The translations under genes were made by a program, and so were the position numbers. 45,023 nucleotides of DNA from Pelagibacteraceae bacterium AG-422-B15 (GTDB lineage Bacteria > Pseudomonadota > Alphaproteobacteria > Pelagibacterales > AG-422-B15): the NCBI GenBank assembly GCA_905182445.1, contig CAJJBM010000012.1, positions 1 through 45,023 on the forward strand, in the 5' to 3' direction. Below, one piece after another: positions 1-9,552 of the stretch. The notes below the pieces were generated by a model. The model made no database searches and had not been told where the DNA came from. It saw nothing but the letters and a program-made list of their open reading frames with translations. Each line of letters begins with the position of its first letter. The first letter of the stretch is position 1.

Positions 1-84
1 TTCTACTGCTGGAGCTTCTGCTTCTACTGCTGGAGCTTCTGCTTCTGCTGCTGGAACTTCTGCTTCTACTGCTGGAGCTTCTGC
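1..84. repeat. 21-bp tandem repeat, 4 visible copies (ttctactgctggagcttctgc), encoding AEAPAVE in the S16 tail
   Basis: Copies at 1-21, 22-42, 43-63 (2 substitutions) and 64-84. Truncated by the window start. Confidence 0.93.
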
Positions 85-438
85 TTCTGCTACCGCAGCT
101 TCTTCAGCTTCTTTTAATGCCGCTAGGCGCTCTTGTGCTTTTTTCTTAGGTAAAGCTTTTTTAGGGTTATTTTTTTGTACAGGCATTGGCACAACATTTG
201 CTTCGCCTAAAAATCTTTCTAATTTTTCTGTTGGCTTAGCCCCTTTACCAATCCATTCTTTAATTTTTTCTAGATCTAACTTTAATCTATCTGGATTATC
301 TTTTGGTAAAAGTGGGTTGAAATGTCCTACTTTTTCAATGAATCTTCCATCTCTTGGACTTCTTGAATCCGCTATTACAACTTTGTAAAAAGGTCTTTTT
401 TTAGAGCCTCCTCTTGATAGTCTTATTTTTAGTGCCAT
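1..438 (-). CDS. rpsP: 30S ribosomal protein S16 with long Ala/Glu/Pro-rich C-terminal tail (runs off window edge; not in ORF track)
   Basis: Manual translation from ATG at 438: [55 protein letters not shown] upstream. Directly downstream of ffh, the conserved order. Confidence 0.97.
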   Translation of the reverse strand, partial: MALKIRLSRGGSKKRPFYKVVIADSRSPRDGRFIEKVGHFNPLLPKDNPDRLKLDLEKIKEWIGKGAKPTEKLERFLGEANVVPMPVQKNNPKKALPKKKAQERLAALKEAEEAAVAEAEAPAVEAEVPAAEAEAPAVEAEAPAVE

Positions 439-460
439 TTTATTTTCTCCTTTTATTTAA

Positions 461-1831
461 TTATTTTTTTAAAAATTCTGGTGGTATCTGATTATTAAAG
501 TCTTGTGGCAAGCCCAGATCTTGCAAACCACTCATTCCTTTCTTAGAAATTTTTTTCATCATATCAGCCATCTTACGATGCTGTTTTAAAATTCTATTTA
601 CTTCTGAAACTACAGTACCTGATCCTTTGGCTATTCTTTGTTTCCTTGAGCTGTTTATCATTTTTGGTTTTCGTCTCTCCAATTTTGTCATTGATAAGAT
701 GATTGCCTCTTGTTTTTTAACTGCATCGTCACTTGCATCATTAGCTTTATCACCTAATTTTTTCATTCCAGGTATAAATTTTAGCATGCTTGATATCCCA
801 CCCATTTTTTTCATTTGATTTATTTGAGACAACAAATCATTTAAATCAAACTCGCCTTGCTGCAATCTTGCGGCCATTTTTTCAGCATCTAATTGATCAA
901 TATTTTCAGCAGCTTTTTCGACTAAAGTAATTACATCTCCCATATCTAAAATACGATTTGCAATTCTGTCTGGATGAAAAATTTCTATATCGTCTATTTT
1001 TTCACCGTTACCAATAAACTTAATTGGACATCCAGTTGACATTTTTAAACTTAAAGCGGCACCTCCACGTGCATCACCATCAACTCTGGTTAAAATTGAA
1101 CCTGTTATATTAATTTTTTCCGAGAAATTTTTAGCAACATTAATTGCATCTTGTCCCGTCATACTGTCGAGTGTTAAAAGTGTTTCTATAGGATTAACTA
1201 TTTTTTCTATATCTTTTAGCTCTTGCATTAAATTATCATCTATACTTGTTCTTCCAGCTGTATCAAAAAGAATTAAATCGATATTATTTATCTCAGCTAC
1301 GGCAATTGCCCTCTTAGCTATATTCTTAGAGGTTTGATTTTCAACTTTTGGAAGTATTTCAACATTTATATTATTTGCTAATATTTGAAGTTGCTCAAAT
1401 GCTGCTGGACGATTAACATCTAGTGATACTAGAAGAATATTTTTATTAAATTTAATTTTAATAAAATTAGCTAACTTGGCAATTGAAGTTGTTTTACCAG
1501 ATCCTTGTAATCCCACCAACATTAATGATGAAGGTTTTTCCCCGTCAATATTAATAGTAGCAGTATCATTTCCAAGAATATTTACTAACTCATCATTAAC
1601 GAGTTTAATTATCATTTGACTTGGCGATATAGACTGGATAATTTCCTGGCCTATAGCTTTTTGCTTAACCTCTACAATAAACTTTTTAACAATATCAAGT
1701 GAAACATCCGCCTCTAATAATGCCCGTCGAATATCGCGCATAGCTGCGTCTAAAGCAACCTCATCAATTGAGCCTGTCTTCTTTAAACCACTAAATACGG
1801 CCTGAAGCCTATTACTTAAATTTTCAAACAT
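461..1831 (-). CDS. ffh: signal recognition particle protein Ffh
   Basis: ALLEADV, GLQGSGKTT, DTAGR, DGDARGGAALS, RILDMGD motifs and a Met-rich M domain. Confidence 0.98.
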   Translation of the reverse strand: MFENLSNRLQAVFSGLKKTGSIDEVALDAAMRDIRRALLEADVSLDIVKKFIVEVKQKAIGQEIIQSISPSQMIIKLVNDELVNILGNDTATINIDGEKPSSLMLVGLQGSGKTTSIAKLANFIKIKFNKNILLVSLDVNRPAAFEQLQILANNINVEILPKVENQTSKNIAKRAIAVAEINNIDLILFDTAGRTSIDDNLMQELKDIEKIVNPIETLLTLDSMTGQDAINVAKNFSEKINITGSILTRVDGDARGGAALSLKMSTGCPIKFIGNGEKIDDIEIFHPDRIANRILDMGDVITLVEKAAENIDQLDAEKMAARLQQGEFDLNDLLSQINQMKKMGGISSMLKFIPGMKKLGDKANDASDDAVKKQEAIILSMTKLERRKPKMINSSRKQRIAKGSGTVVSEVNRILKQHRKMADMMKKISKKGMSGLQDLGLPQDFNNQIPPEFLKK

Positions 1832-1861
1832 ATTTTATTCACTGTGTGCTCCAAACAACAA

Positions 1862-1942
1862 GTATTGCACCAGTGGGCGAAACTCGCTGACTGATGTCGA
1901 CACCCTTTTTCAAGGGTACCGCAGAATACTATTCTTGCGGAA
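1862..1942 (-). ncRNA. ffh 5' leader cis-regulatory RNA (alphaproteobacterial ffh motif)
   Basis: GC-rich patch in the ffh 5' UTR with three hairpins on the minus strand: ccgca-agaat/attct-gcgg (1919-1940), accctt/aagggt (1902-1917), and catcagt..gcga-gtt-tcgc..actggtg (1868-1896). Position and the gtcagcgagtttcgccc core match my recollection of the described ffh motif. Confidence 0.8.
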
Positions 1943-1951
1943 AACTGCTGA

Positions 1952-1980
1952 AAATTAGTCTTAGAGATCAAATATGTCAA
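1952..1980 (-). promoter_or_regulatory. sigma70-type promoter for the ffh leader-ffh-rpsP transcript
   Basis: Minus strand TTGACA (1980-1975), 17 bp spacer, TAATTT (1957-1952). The predicted start lies just before the first leader hairpin. Confidence 0.7.
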
Positions 1981-2041
1981 GGTGAATTTTCAAATACTAA
2001 TTAAACTGGTAAATTTAAGTAGCTAAAACTATAAGAATATT

Positions 2042-2860
2042 ATGAAGAAATTTGATTTTATTAAAATGCATGGTCTTGGTAATGATTTTGTTATTATTGA
2101 TGAAAGAAATACTAAGGTAAGCTTGTCTCACGCAGAAATAGTCTCTGTTGCGAATAGACATACTGGAATTGGCTGTGATCAACTAATTACAATTAATAAA
2201 GACAATATATCAGATATTTTAATTCGTTTTTTTAATTCGAATGGGGAAGAAATATCAGCTTGTGGCAATGGGTCAAGATGCGTCGCAAGACTTCTTATGG
2301 AAGAAGACAAGACATCTGCCATATCAATAAAAACACATGCAGGCTTATTAGATTGTAAAAAGATTTCTAAAAATATTATAAGTGTTAATTTAGGAACTCC
2401 AAAATTAAGTTGGAATGAAATACCGCTTGATAAAGAATATGATACAAATTCAATTATATTTAACATAAACAATTTTTCAATTTCCAATCCAAAATTTGTA
2501 AACGTAGGAAATCCTCATGCAATTTTCTTTGTAGATAATTTAGATAATTTTGATATAGAGGATTTTGGACCTCTAATTGAAAATGATAAAATGTTTCCTG
2601 AAAAATGTAACGTTACTATTGCCCAGGTAATATCACTAACACATATTAAGATTAATGTATGGGAGCGAGGTGCCGGAAAAACACTTGCATGTGGAACTGC
2701 TGCATGTGCAACTGCTGTTGCTGCATATATTAATAAATTAAGTAGTAATAAAATAGTTGTTTCTTTACCCGGTGGGAATTTAGATATTGAATATAATTCA
2801 AATATAATAATGTCTGGTGCTACGGAAATAAGCTTCAAAAGTAGTTTTGAAATAAGTTAA
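2042..2860 (+). CDS. dapF: diaminopimelate epimerase
   Basis: KMHGLGNDF, GIGCDQL, CGNGSRC, GNPH, ERGAGKTLACGT. Confidence 0.98.
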   Translation: MKKFDFIKMHGLGNDFVIIDERNTKVSLSHAEIVSVANRHTGIGCDQLITINKDNISDILIRFFNSNGEEISACGNGSRCVARLLMEEDKTSAISIKTHAGLLDCKKISKNIISVNLGTPKLSWNEIPLDKEYDTNSIIFNINNFSISNPKFVNVGNPHAIFFVDNLDNFDIEDFGPLIENDKMFPEKCNVTIAQVISLTHIKINVWERGAGKTLACGTAACATAVAAYINKLSSNKIVVSLPGGNLDIEYNSNIIMSGATEISFKSSFEIS

Positions 2861-2864
2861 TATA

Positions 2865-3737
2865 TTGTTTAAAAATTTTACAAATAGATTAGGAAATATA
2901 TTTTCTTCTAAAAAAATTGATGAAAATTCTCTTCTTGAATTAGAAGAGCTCCTTTTAATTTCAGATATTGGAATTGAAACTACAGATAAGATAATTAATA
3001 AACTTAGAAATGAAAAATTTTCACCAAGCTTTGATACAATTGAAGTAAAGTCAAAGCTTGCTGAAATAATATTAAATATTATTGAACCATTTCAAGAAGA
3101 GTTTCCAAAACTAAGCAAGAGTAAGCCCACTATCATTATTTGTATTGGTGTAAATGGATCGGGGAAGACGACTACTGTGGCAAAGCTAGCCCACCACTAT
3201 AAAGAAATGAATTGTAGTATAGTTCTTGGAGCTGCAGATACTTTTAGAGCTGCGGCTACAGAGCAGTTGTCTTTATGGGGTAAAGAAATGAATTTAGATA
3301 TAATTTCTGGAAATCAAAACTCTGATCCTGCCAGCATTGCCTTTAAATGTGTTGAAAGCACTTTAAACAATGAATTTGATCTCGGTATAATTGACACAGC
3401 TGGCAGGCTACAAAATAGAACTGACTTAATGGAACAGCTAAAAAAAATTGATAAAGTAGTAAAAACTAAAAACAACTTATTAAATCAAAAAACTATAATG
3501 ATCATTGATGGAACAACTGGCCAAAGCTCTATTAAGCAAGTTGAAGAATTTTCAAAATATATAAATATTGATGGCTTAATTATATCTAAACTTGACGGCT
3601 CTGCAATTGGAGGAACAATTGTAAGTATTATTGACCACTTAAAAGTTCCAGTATTAGGACTAGGAGTGGGTGAAAATAAGTCTGACTTAGAGGAATTCAA
3701 TGCTAAAAAATTTGTTAATAGAATTTTAGATAATTAG
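2865..3737 (+). CDS. ftsY: SRP receptor FtsY (NG domain only, TTG start)
   Basis: GVNGSGKTTT, AADTFRAAATEQL, DTAGRLQ, DGTTGQ, GVGE. No acidic A domain. Confidence 0.96.
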   Translation: MFKNFTNRLGNIFSSKKIDENSLLELEELLLISDIGIETTDKIINKLRNEKFSPSFDTIEVKSKLAEIILNIIEPFQEEFPKLSKSKPTIIICIGVNGSGKTTTVAKLAHHYKEMNCSIVLGAADTFRAAATEQLSLWGKEMNLDIISGNQNSDPASIAFKCVESTLNNEFDLGIIDTAGRLQNRTDLMEQLKKIDKVVKTKNNLLNQKTIMIIDGTTGQSSIKQVEEFSKYINIDGLIISKLDGSAIGGTIVSIIDHLKVPVLGLGVGENKSDLEEFNAKKFVNRILDN

Positions 3738-3746
3738 AATTTATTA

Positions 3747-4922
3747 TCAGTTGGACATTTCAAGATGTAGCTTATCCTCGTGGTAAGGATATTTATCTAA
3801 TTTATCTTCATTAATTTCAATTCCTAGACCAGGTTTGTCTGACGGAATAACGTAACCCGCTTCCCACTTAAGTGGATCTTTTACTAGCGATGAGTCAAAG
3901 CCTGACCATGTCTCGATACCTTCAATAATTAAGAAATTAGAAATGCAAGTTGCAACCTGCACATTGGCTGCTGCAATTATGGGTCCACAATACATGTGGG
4001 GTGCTACTTGGGCATATGACGCTTCAGCAATACTTGCAATTTTTTTTGCCTCTAATATTCCACCAACCCTTCCAAGGTTCATTTGAATAATTGATGCCGC
4101 TTCTTCTTTTAATATCGCATTGAATTCATATTTTGTTGTAAGTCTTTCGCCTGTTGCTATTGGTATACTAGTTTTTCTAGCTATAGATGCCATCGCTTGA
4201 ATGTTTGCAGGTGGTGTCGGTTCCTCTAACCACATGGGATCGAATTTTTCAATTCTTTTAGCAAGCCTGATTGCACTCGCAGGAGTCATCTGTCCATGTG
4301 TTCCAAATAAAATATCACATTTTTTTCCAACAGCTGTTCTTATGGCGCGAACAAAGTTTTCTGCATGATCTAACTCTTCTAGTGTTAATTCACGTGGATC
4401 ATTGTCTCTATACGTGCTGATAGGATCAAATTTTACAGCAGTGAAACCAAGTTTTTGATATTCTAAAGCTCTTTCTGCTGCTAGATCAGCATCCTGGTAG
4501 ACATTACTTTTATCTCCTGGTTTTGGATAAAGATAAGTATATGTGCGTAATTTTTCATTAACCTTACCACCAAGTAAATTAAAGATTGGTTGATTCAATT
4601 CTTTGCCAACAATATCCCACATGGCAATTTCGATTGCACTCAAGACTCCAGAAACTGAAATATCTGGCCTTTGAGTGTAACCACTTGAATAAATTTTTCT
4701 CCATAACTTTTCTATTTGAAATGGACTCTCACCAACGACATAACGTTCACAGACATCTTCAATCATTTTTGTAGCTACGTTTGGATGAAATGGAATGGCG
4801 TAAGCTTCACCGAAACCCACTATACCTGTATTAGTAGTTAATTTTAAAAAAATCCAATATTTGCCACCAAAGGAGGGAGGAGGGTTTCCAATAATATATG
4901 TTTTGAAATCTATAATTTTCAT
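3747..4922 (-). CDS. mandelate racemase/muconate lactonizing enzyme family protein (enolase superfamily, dehydratase-like)
   Basis: SAIEIAMWDIVGK, LLGG, WLEEP, PIATGERL, GGILEAKKIA, APH, PGLGIE. Confidence 0.9.
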   Translation of the reverse strand: MKIIDFKTYIIGNPPPSFGGKYWIFLKLTTNTGIVGFGEAYAIPFHPNVATKMIEDVCERYVVGESPFQIEKLWRKIYSSGYTQRPDISVSGVLSAIEIAMWDIVGKELNQPIFNLLGGKVNEKLRTYTYLYPKPGDKSNVYQDADLAAERALEYQKLGFTAVKFDPISTYRDNDPRELTLEELDHAENFVRAIRTAVGKKCDILFGTHGQMTPASAIRLAKRIEKFDPMWLEEPTPPANIQAMASIARKTSIPIATGERLTTKYEFNAILKEEAASIIQMNLGRVGGILEAKKIASIAEASYAQVAPHMYCGPIIAAANVQVATCISNFLIIEGIETWSGFDSSLVKDPLKWEAGYVIPSDKPGLGIEINEDKLDKYPYHEDKLHLEMSN

Positions 4923-4943
4923 TATTAAGATTTTTTAAAATAA

Positions 4944-5444
4944 TTAAAATACTCTTATAAAAGAAATAACCATACTTTCTACACCTGGATTGCGATCTCC
5001 AAGGCTGGCATTAGAAATATGGTTTAAACTTATTGCAACTCGATTCATACTTTCTAATTGATAAGACAGTTCGAACTGACTTCTAAACTCTAAATCATAG
5101 CCTAACTCTTTACTCTTTCCTTGATCATAATAGCCAAAAGCAAAGCTTGGAGTTAAATATATATTATTACTTAAACTAATATCTTTTCTTAAGCCCGTAT
5201 AAATATATTTACCATCATCTCCATTTAACATGGCTCCATAAAATGGCTTTAGAGATAAATTTCCTGGCGATAGCATACTAATTTCACCTGCTAAAAATTC
5301 AATTCTGTACTCAGATGAATCTTTATTATCGTTAATATCAAATTGACCAATTGATAGCGATACATAGTCTTGATTATCATTTGCCTGTGCAAATCCGGCT
5401 ATAAAAGCAAGTAAAGCTAAACTATATAAAAAACGAATCTTCAT
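4944..5444 (-). CDS. acyloxyacyl hydrolase / PagL-type lipid A 3-O-deacylase family outer-membrane protein
   Basis: Signal peptide, KELG..LEFRS, catalytic-region motif HISNASLGDRNPGVE, terminal Phe. Confidence 0.85.
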   Translation of the reverse strand: MKIRFLYSLALLAFIAGFAQANDNQDYVSLSIGQFDINDNKDSSEYRIEFLAGEISMLSPGNLSLKPFYGAMLNGDDGKYIYTGLRKDISLSNNIYLTPSFAFGYYDQGKSKELGYDLEFRSQFELSYQLESMNRVAISLNHISNASLGDRNPGVESMVISFIRVF

Positions 5445-5467
5445 GATATTAAATAGAATATATTATT

Positions 5468-5749
5468 TTAACACCATGTCGCGAAGTTTTCGCTAGAAGT
5501 AGATGAAGGATCGTTAACAAATTTATCTGTTCCGTATGTCACATAACAATTTGGATCTTTTACTTCAGACAAATCCTGATATTCAATAATATCTTCTCTT
5601 GTTGTTAAATTAGTATCTCCTATAGCCATTTCTAAAGCTTGCTGCTCACTAATTTCTTCAGGCCCACTATCTTCTTCAATACCGCCAGCAAATGCAAATG
5701 AGCAAAGCAATGTTAAGAAAAATATTATTTTACCGAATGATGGTCTCAT
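5468..5749 (-). CDS. small secreted acidic hypothetical protein
   Basis: GAGGT SD upstream. Signal peptide ending AFA, Asp/Glu-rich mature part with two Cys, ending WC. Fills the gap in a co-oriented run. Confidence 0.75.
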   Translation of the reverse strand: MRPSFGKIIFFLTLLCSFAFAGGIEEDSGPEEISEQQALEMAIGDTNLTTREDIIEYQDLSEVKDPNCYVTYGTDKFVNDPSSTSSENFATWC

Positions 5750-5770
5750 TATTCTACCTCTTGTTTTTAA

Positions 5771-6304
5771 TTATTCAGGGTTATTAAATACTTTGAAAGT
5801 GTCTAAATTTTGTCTTTCTTTAAAGTTATTTAATGCCCATTTTACACTAGGAAAAGCTATGCTGTCCCAATATATTTCATTCCATTCAAATAAGCCCACT
5901 TCTAAAGATTCAATCCCAGGCTTGATTTCTGGGTCAATTAATTCTGAATGAAATAGGATTTGTACCTGATTTACGTGTTGCAATGTATATACCGCCAGCA
6001 GGCTATTAATCTTTATTTTAGCAAAAGCTTCTTCGTATGCCTCTCTAATTGCACCCTCTTCAACTGACTCATTATTTTCTAAATAACCAGCAGGTAGAGT
6101 CCATAGTCCTTTTTGAGGATCTATTGCACGCTTACACATTAAAAATTTATTTTCGAAAGTGCAAACTGAGCCAACAATTATTTTTGGGTTTTCATAGATA
6201 ATAAAATTGCAAGATGAGCATACTTTTCTAAAGTGTGTATCCCCATCTGGTTTTTCTTCTTTAATACTTTCACTGCCACAATCAGGACAAAATATATTTT
6301 TCAA
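5771..6304 (-). CDS. NUDIX hydrolase with N-terminal zinc ribbon
   Basis: FCPDCG..RKVCSSC..YENPK and Nudix box GYLENNESVEEGAIREAYEEA. Confidence 0.93.
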   Translation of the reverse strand: MKNIFCPDCGSESIKEEKPDGDTHFRKVCSSCNFIIYENPKIIVGSVCTFENKFLMCKRAIDPQKGLWTLPAGYLENNESVEEGAIREAYEEAFAKIKINSLLAVYTLQHVNQVQILFHSELIDPEIKPGIESLEVGLFEWNEIYWDSIAFPSVKWALNNFKERQNLDTFKVFNNPE

Positions 6305-6314
6305 ACTATTTACC

Positions 6315-6698
6315 TTAATTATTTTTTTTAGAAATGTATTTAAACATAAAAAAAATACCTAACAACAAAAAAACGAATGGGCTAAACCATAAGATTATAT
6401 TTGTTTTAGATAAAGATGGTGTCATTAATATCCACTCACCATAATTATTAACTAACTGAGCTTTGATCTCATAATCAGTTTTACCTGAAATAATTTCTTC
6501 TTGAATATATAGCTTCAAATCTGAAGCTAGTTCTGAATTAGAATCATAGATAGTTTGGCTTTGACAAACCAAGCACCTAGTTTCTTTAAATAAGTCTATA
6601 GCGCGATTATTTTGTTCTTGTGTCATTTGCAAGTCAGCATTTGAAACATTTGAAAAAAAGATGAAAATTATAATTAATGATGAGTATTTTATTTTCAC
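6315..6698 (-). CDS. ccmH: cytochrome c biogenesis protein CcmH (N-terminal domain only)
   Basis: RCLVCQSQTIYDSN, YGEWIL, C-terminal TM helix, operon position. Confidence 0.93.
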   Translation of the reverse strand: MKIKYSSLIIIFIFFSNVSNADLQMTQEQNNRAIDLFKETRCLVCQSQTIYDSNSELASDLKLYIQEEIISGKTDYEIKAQLVNNYGEWILMTPSLSKTNIILWFSPFVFLLLGIFFMFKYISKKNN

Positions 6699-7228
6699 AA
6701 TATATCGCCAAGAATTGGTAATATTATTTCCTCTAATTCATTCATATGAATTGGGCCAATATGCTTATATATCACAGTGCCTTTATGAACTATAAATGTT
6801 TCAGGTACTCCATAAACTCCCCAAACCATCGATGATCTTCCATTTCGATCGACGCCTATTTTTTTAAAAGGATTGCCTAGTGTTTTAATAAAATTTAAAG
6901 CACTCTCATTTTTATCTTTATAATTAATACCATAAAGATCTAAACCTTCCATCCTAGACAGTAACATCAATATTTCATGCTCCGATCTACAGGGAATACA
7001 CCATGAGGCCCAGATATTTACTAAAGCCACATCAGATTTTAGAATATCACTTGTACTAAATGACTGATCCTCTTCAAGTAAAGTTGACATATTAAAAGTA
7101 GGAACAGGTTTTTCAATTAATTGTGAAGATAATTTAGTCACATCTTTATTTAAGAGCTGATAGAAAAATACTAAAAGTACAATTGTAATAATGACTGGTA
7201 AAAAATGTTTAAACTTTAATTGTTTCAT
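6695..7228 (-). CDS. ccmG: thiol:disulfide interchange protein CcmG/DsbE
   Basis: NIWASWCIPCRSEH, GINYKD, LGNPF, GVYGVPETF. Confidence 0.95.
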   Translation of the reverse strand: MKQLKFKHFLPVIITIVLLVFFYQLLNKDVTKLSSQLIEKPVPTFNMSTLLEEDQSFSTSDILKSDVALVNIWASWCIPCRSEHEILMLLSRMEGLDLYGINYKDKNESALNFIKTLGNPFKKIGVDRNGRSSMVWGVYGVPETFIVHKGTVIYKHIGPIHMNELEEIILPILGDIL

Positions 7229-9108
7229 CTTTTTAATCTAACTCTAAATACTATTGCAGAGACGCCGCCAAGTGTCATTAAAATGATACTAAACCAGATG
7301 AATGACATTAATGGTTTTATATGAATCCTTACATTTACAAAATCTGAATTTTCTGGAATGTTCATTACTACATATATATCAGCTAAAAATTTTCTAACGA
7401 TACTTGTTTCTGAAGTGACAGTTGGTGGATTACTATAAACTCTAATCTCTGGCTTAAAAGTTTCTAATATTGTTTTATTATCCATTAAATAAAAAATTGC
7501 TTTTATAGAGTTATAATTTTTACCCTTAGTCTGTTCTACACTTTTAAATTTAAATTTATGGTTGTCTAATATTAATATATCATTAACTTTAGCTTGAAAT
7601 ATTTTTTCTTGTGCAAAAGTAGCGTTGCCAACAACTGATAATATTAATAAACCGAAACCAATATGTGCTAAAGATTTTCCAAGTGAAGGTTTAATTATAG
7701 TGTAGCTGTTCTTAATTCTTAATCCATTTTTTATACTAACCAGTATTAAAGTTAAGCTTAAGGTTAACAAAGTAATTTGAGTTAACTGCAGTTCGATAAA
7801 GTAAATACTAAAGCCAAATATTATTGCTAAACTTAATATGAATAATTTACTGATAGAAAATATTATTTCAGTAATTTTATCATTTTGCCATTTAGCATTA
7901 GGTCCAATAATCATAATAAATAGTAAAAGAACTGTGATTGGAAGTAGGGATAAAATGTAATAATTTGGCCCCACTGAAATACTTTTTTGTAAGAATAAGT
8001 CAGTCCCTAATGGGTAAAGCGTGCCTAAAAAAACAACAAATAAAGTTGATAAAAGTAACCAATTATTAGCCAGAATACTGGATTCTTTACTTACTAAGTT
8101 TATTTCACTTTTATTATCTAATAGAGGCCCCTTAAAAGCATAAAGTGTAAAGCTAATAACTAGTATGATAGCTAGAAATATTAAAATGAATAACCCTCTA
8201 GTTGGATCAGAGGCAAATGTATGCACAGAATTAAGAATTCCAGATCTAACAAGAAAGGTTCCTATTAAACTTAGAGAAAATGTCAGAATTGATAAAAGAA
8301 TAGTCCATGACTGTAATATATTTTTCTTCTCTAAAATAATTACACAATGAAATAGTGCGGTACCCGCGAGCCATGGCATTAGTGATGCATTTTCAACTGG
8401 ATCCCAAAACCAATATCCGCCCCAACCCAACTCATAGTATGCCCAAAAAGAACCAAGGCCTATACCTAGTGTTAAAAAAATCCAAGCAGTGAGTACCCAC
8501 GGGTGCAACCATCCAGCCCACTCCTTGTCTACCTTATTTGATAACATGCCACCAACAGCAAAACTTAGCACAAGAGAATATCCTACATAACCAATATATA
8601 ATATTGGCGGATGAATTGCTAAAAGTAAATCTTGTAGTACCGGATTTAAACCCAACCCTTCATTTACAATTGACTCTGATTGTATGAAGGGGTTTGAAGT
8701 AAAAAATAAAAATAGCGTGAAACCAAATATTATAAAACTTTGAAATGAGATTACATTTTTTTTAAAATCTAGATTTTTAATCTTAGAGTAAGAGAATATA
8801 AAATTAAAGATTGTTAAAACTAATATCCATAAAAGCAGGCTTCCTTCATGATTTCCCCAAGCACCTGCAATCTTATAAATAAGCGGTTTTTCCGAATGTG
8901 AGTTATTAACAACTAGTTGATAATTAAAATTAGAATCAACAAAAATATAAATTAATAAAATAAATGCAAATAAGCTAAAAAAAAATGGAATTCTGCTAAA
9001 AATTTTGTAGTTAATATCTATTTTCTTTGGTAGCAAATATAAGGATTGAATCAAAGATGCCGATAAACAAACTAGCAATAATATATTTCCAAAATTTCCT
9101 AAATTCAT
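7225..9108 (-). CDS. ccmF: heme lyase CcmF
   Basis: WGNHEGSLLLW, GLNPVLQ, IHPP, WAYYELGWGGYWFWDPVENASLMPW, SVHTFA. Confidence 0.98.
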   Translation of the reverse strand: MNLGNFGNILLLVCLSASLIQSLYLLPKKIDINYKIFSRIPFFFSLFAFILLIYIFVDSNFNYQLVVNNSHSEKPLIYKIAGAWGNHEGSLLLWILVLTIFNFIFSYSKIKNLDFKKNVISFQSFIIFGFTLFLFFTSNPFIQSESIVNEGLGLNPVLQDLLLAIHPPILYIGYVGYSLVLSFAVGGMLSNKVDKEWAGWLHPWVLTAWIFLTLGIGLGSFWAYYELGWGGYWFWDPVENASLMPWLAGTALFHCVIILEKKNILQSWTILLSILTFSLSLIGTFLVRSGILNSVHTFASDPTRGLFILIFLAIILVISFTLYAFKGPLLDNKSEINLVSKESSILANNWLLLSTLFVVFLGTLYPLGTDLFLQKSISVGPNYYILSLLPITVLLLFIMIIGPNAKWQNDKITEIIFSISKLFILSLAIIFGFSIYFIELQLTQITLLTLSLTLILVSIKNGLRIKNSYTIIKPSLGKSLAHIGFGLLILSVVGNATFAQEKIFQAKVNDILILDNHKFKFKSVEQTKGKNYNSIKAIFYLMDNKTILETFKPEIRVYSNPPTVTSETSIVRKFLADIYVVMNIPENSDFVNVRIHIKPLMSFIWFSIILMTLGGVSAIVFRVRLKR

Positions 9109-9111
9109 ATT

Positions 9112-9552
9112 TTATTCTTCTTGCCATTGGCCTTCTTTTTTTAAGGCCTCTATTACCTCAGGAGGCATATAATTTTCATCATGTTTTGCTAAAACTTTTA
9201 TAGCTGTAATACTTGCCTTATCAATTGCCAAGCCTTCAACCACAACACCTTTGTTTTCAGCAAATAAATTCGGCATTATACCAACAAAGCTAACGTCAAC
9301 TTCGTTAGATCTATCAGTAATTATAAAACTATATATCTTGGTTTTATCATCATATTTATAACTATCTTCTTTTACTAACCCACCAACTCTAATAATGTTT
9401 TTTTTATCAATATTGGTAAGTTGAAGCTCTGTTGGGCTGTAAAAATAAATAATATTGTCTCTTAAATTCATAGTAATTAACAAAGTAGCAATTATTAATA
9501 CCAGTGCACTCAGTAAGATTATTATCAATCTTTTCTTAACTTTATTGCTCAT
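9112..9552 (-). CDS. ccmE: heme chaperone CcmE
   Basis: IRVGGLV, PNLFAENKGVVVEG, heme-binding LAKHDENYMPPEV. Confidence 0.97.
   Translation of the reverse strand: MSNKVKKRLIIILLSALVLIIATLLITMNLRDNIIYFYSPTELQLTNIDKKNIIRVGGLVKEDSYKYDDKTKIYSFIITDRSNEVDVSFVGIMPNLFAENKGVVVEGLAIDKASITAIKVLAKHDENYMPPEVIEALKKEGQWQEE

Noticed and set aside
1-84. 21-bp repeats as a CRISPR array
   Set aside because: Head-to-tail with no spacers, in frame within rpsP, and no cas genes.
1862-1942. tRNA or SRP 4.5S RNA
   Set aside because: No cloverleaf or T-loop, and no GGAA tetraloop/AGCAG domain IV signature. Better explained as the ffh leader.
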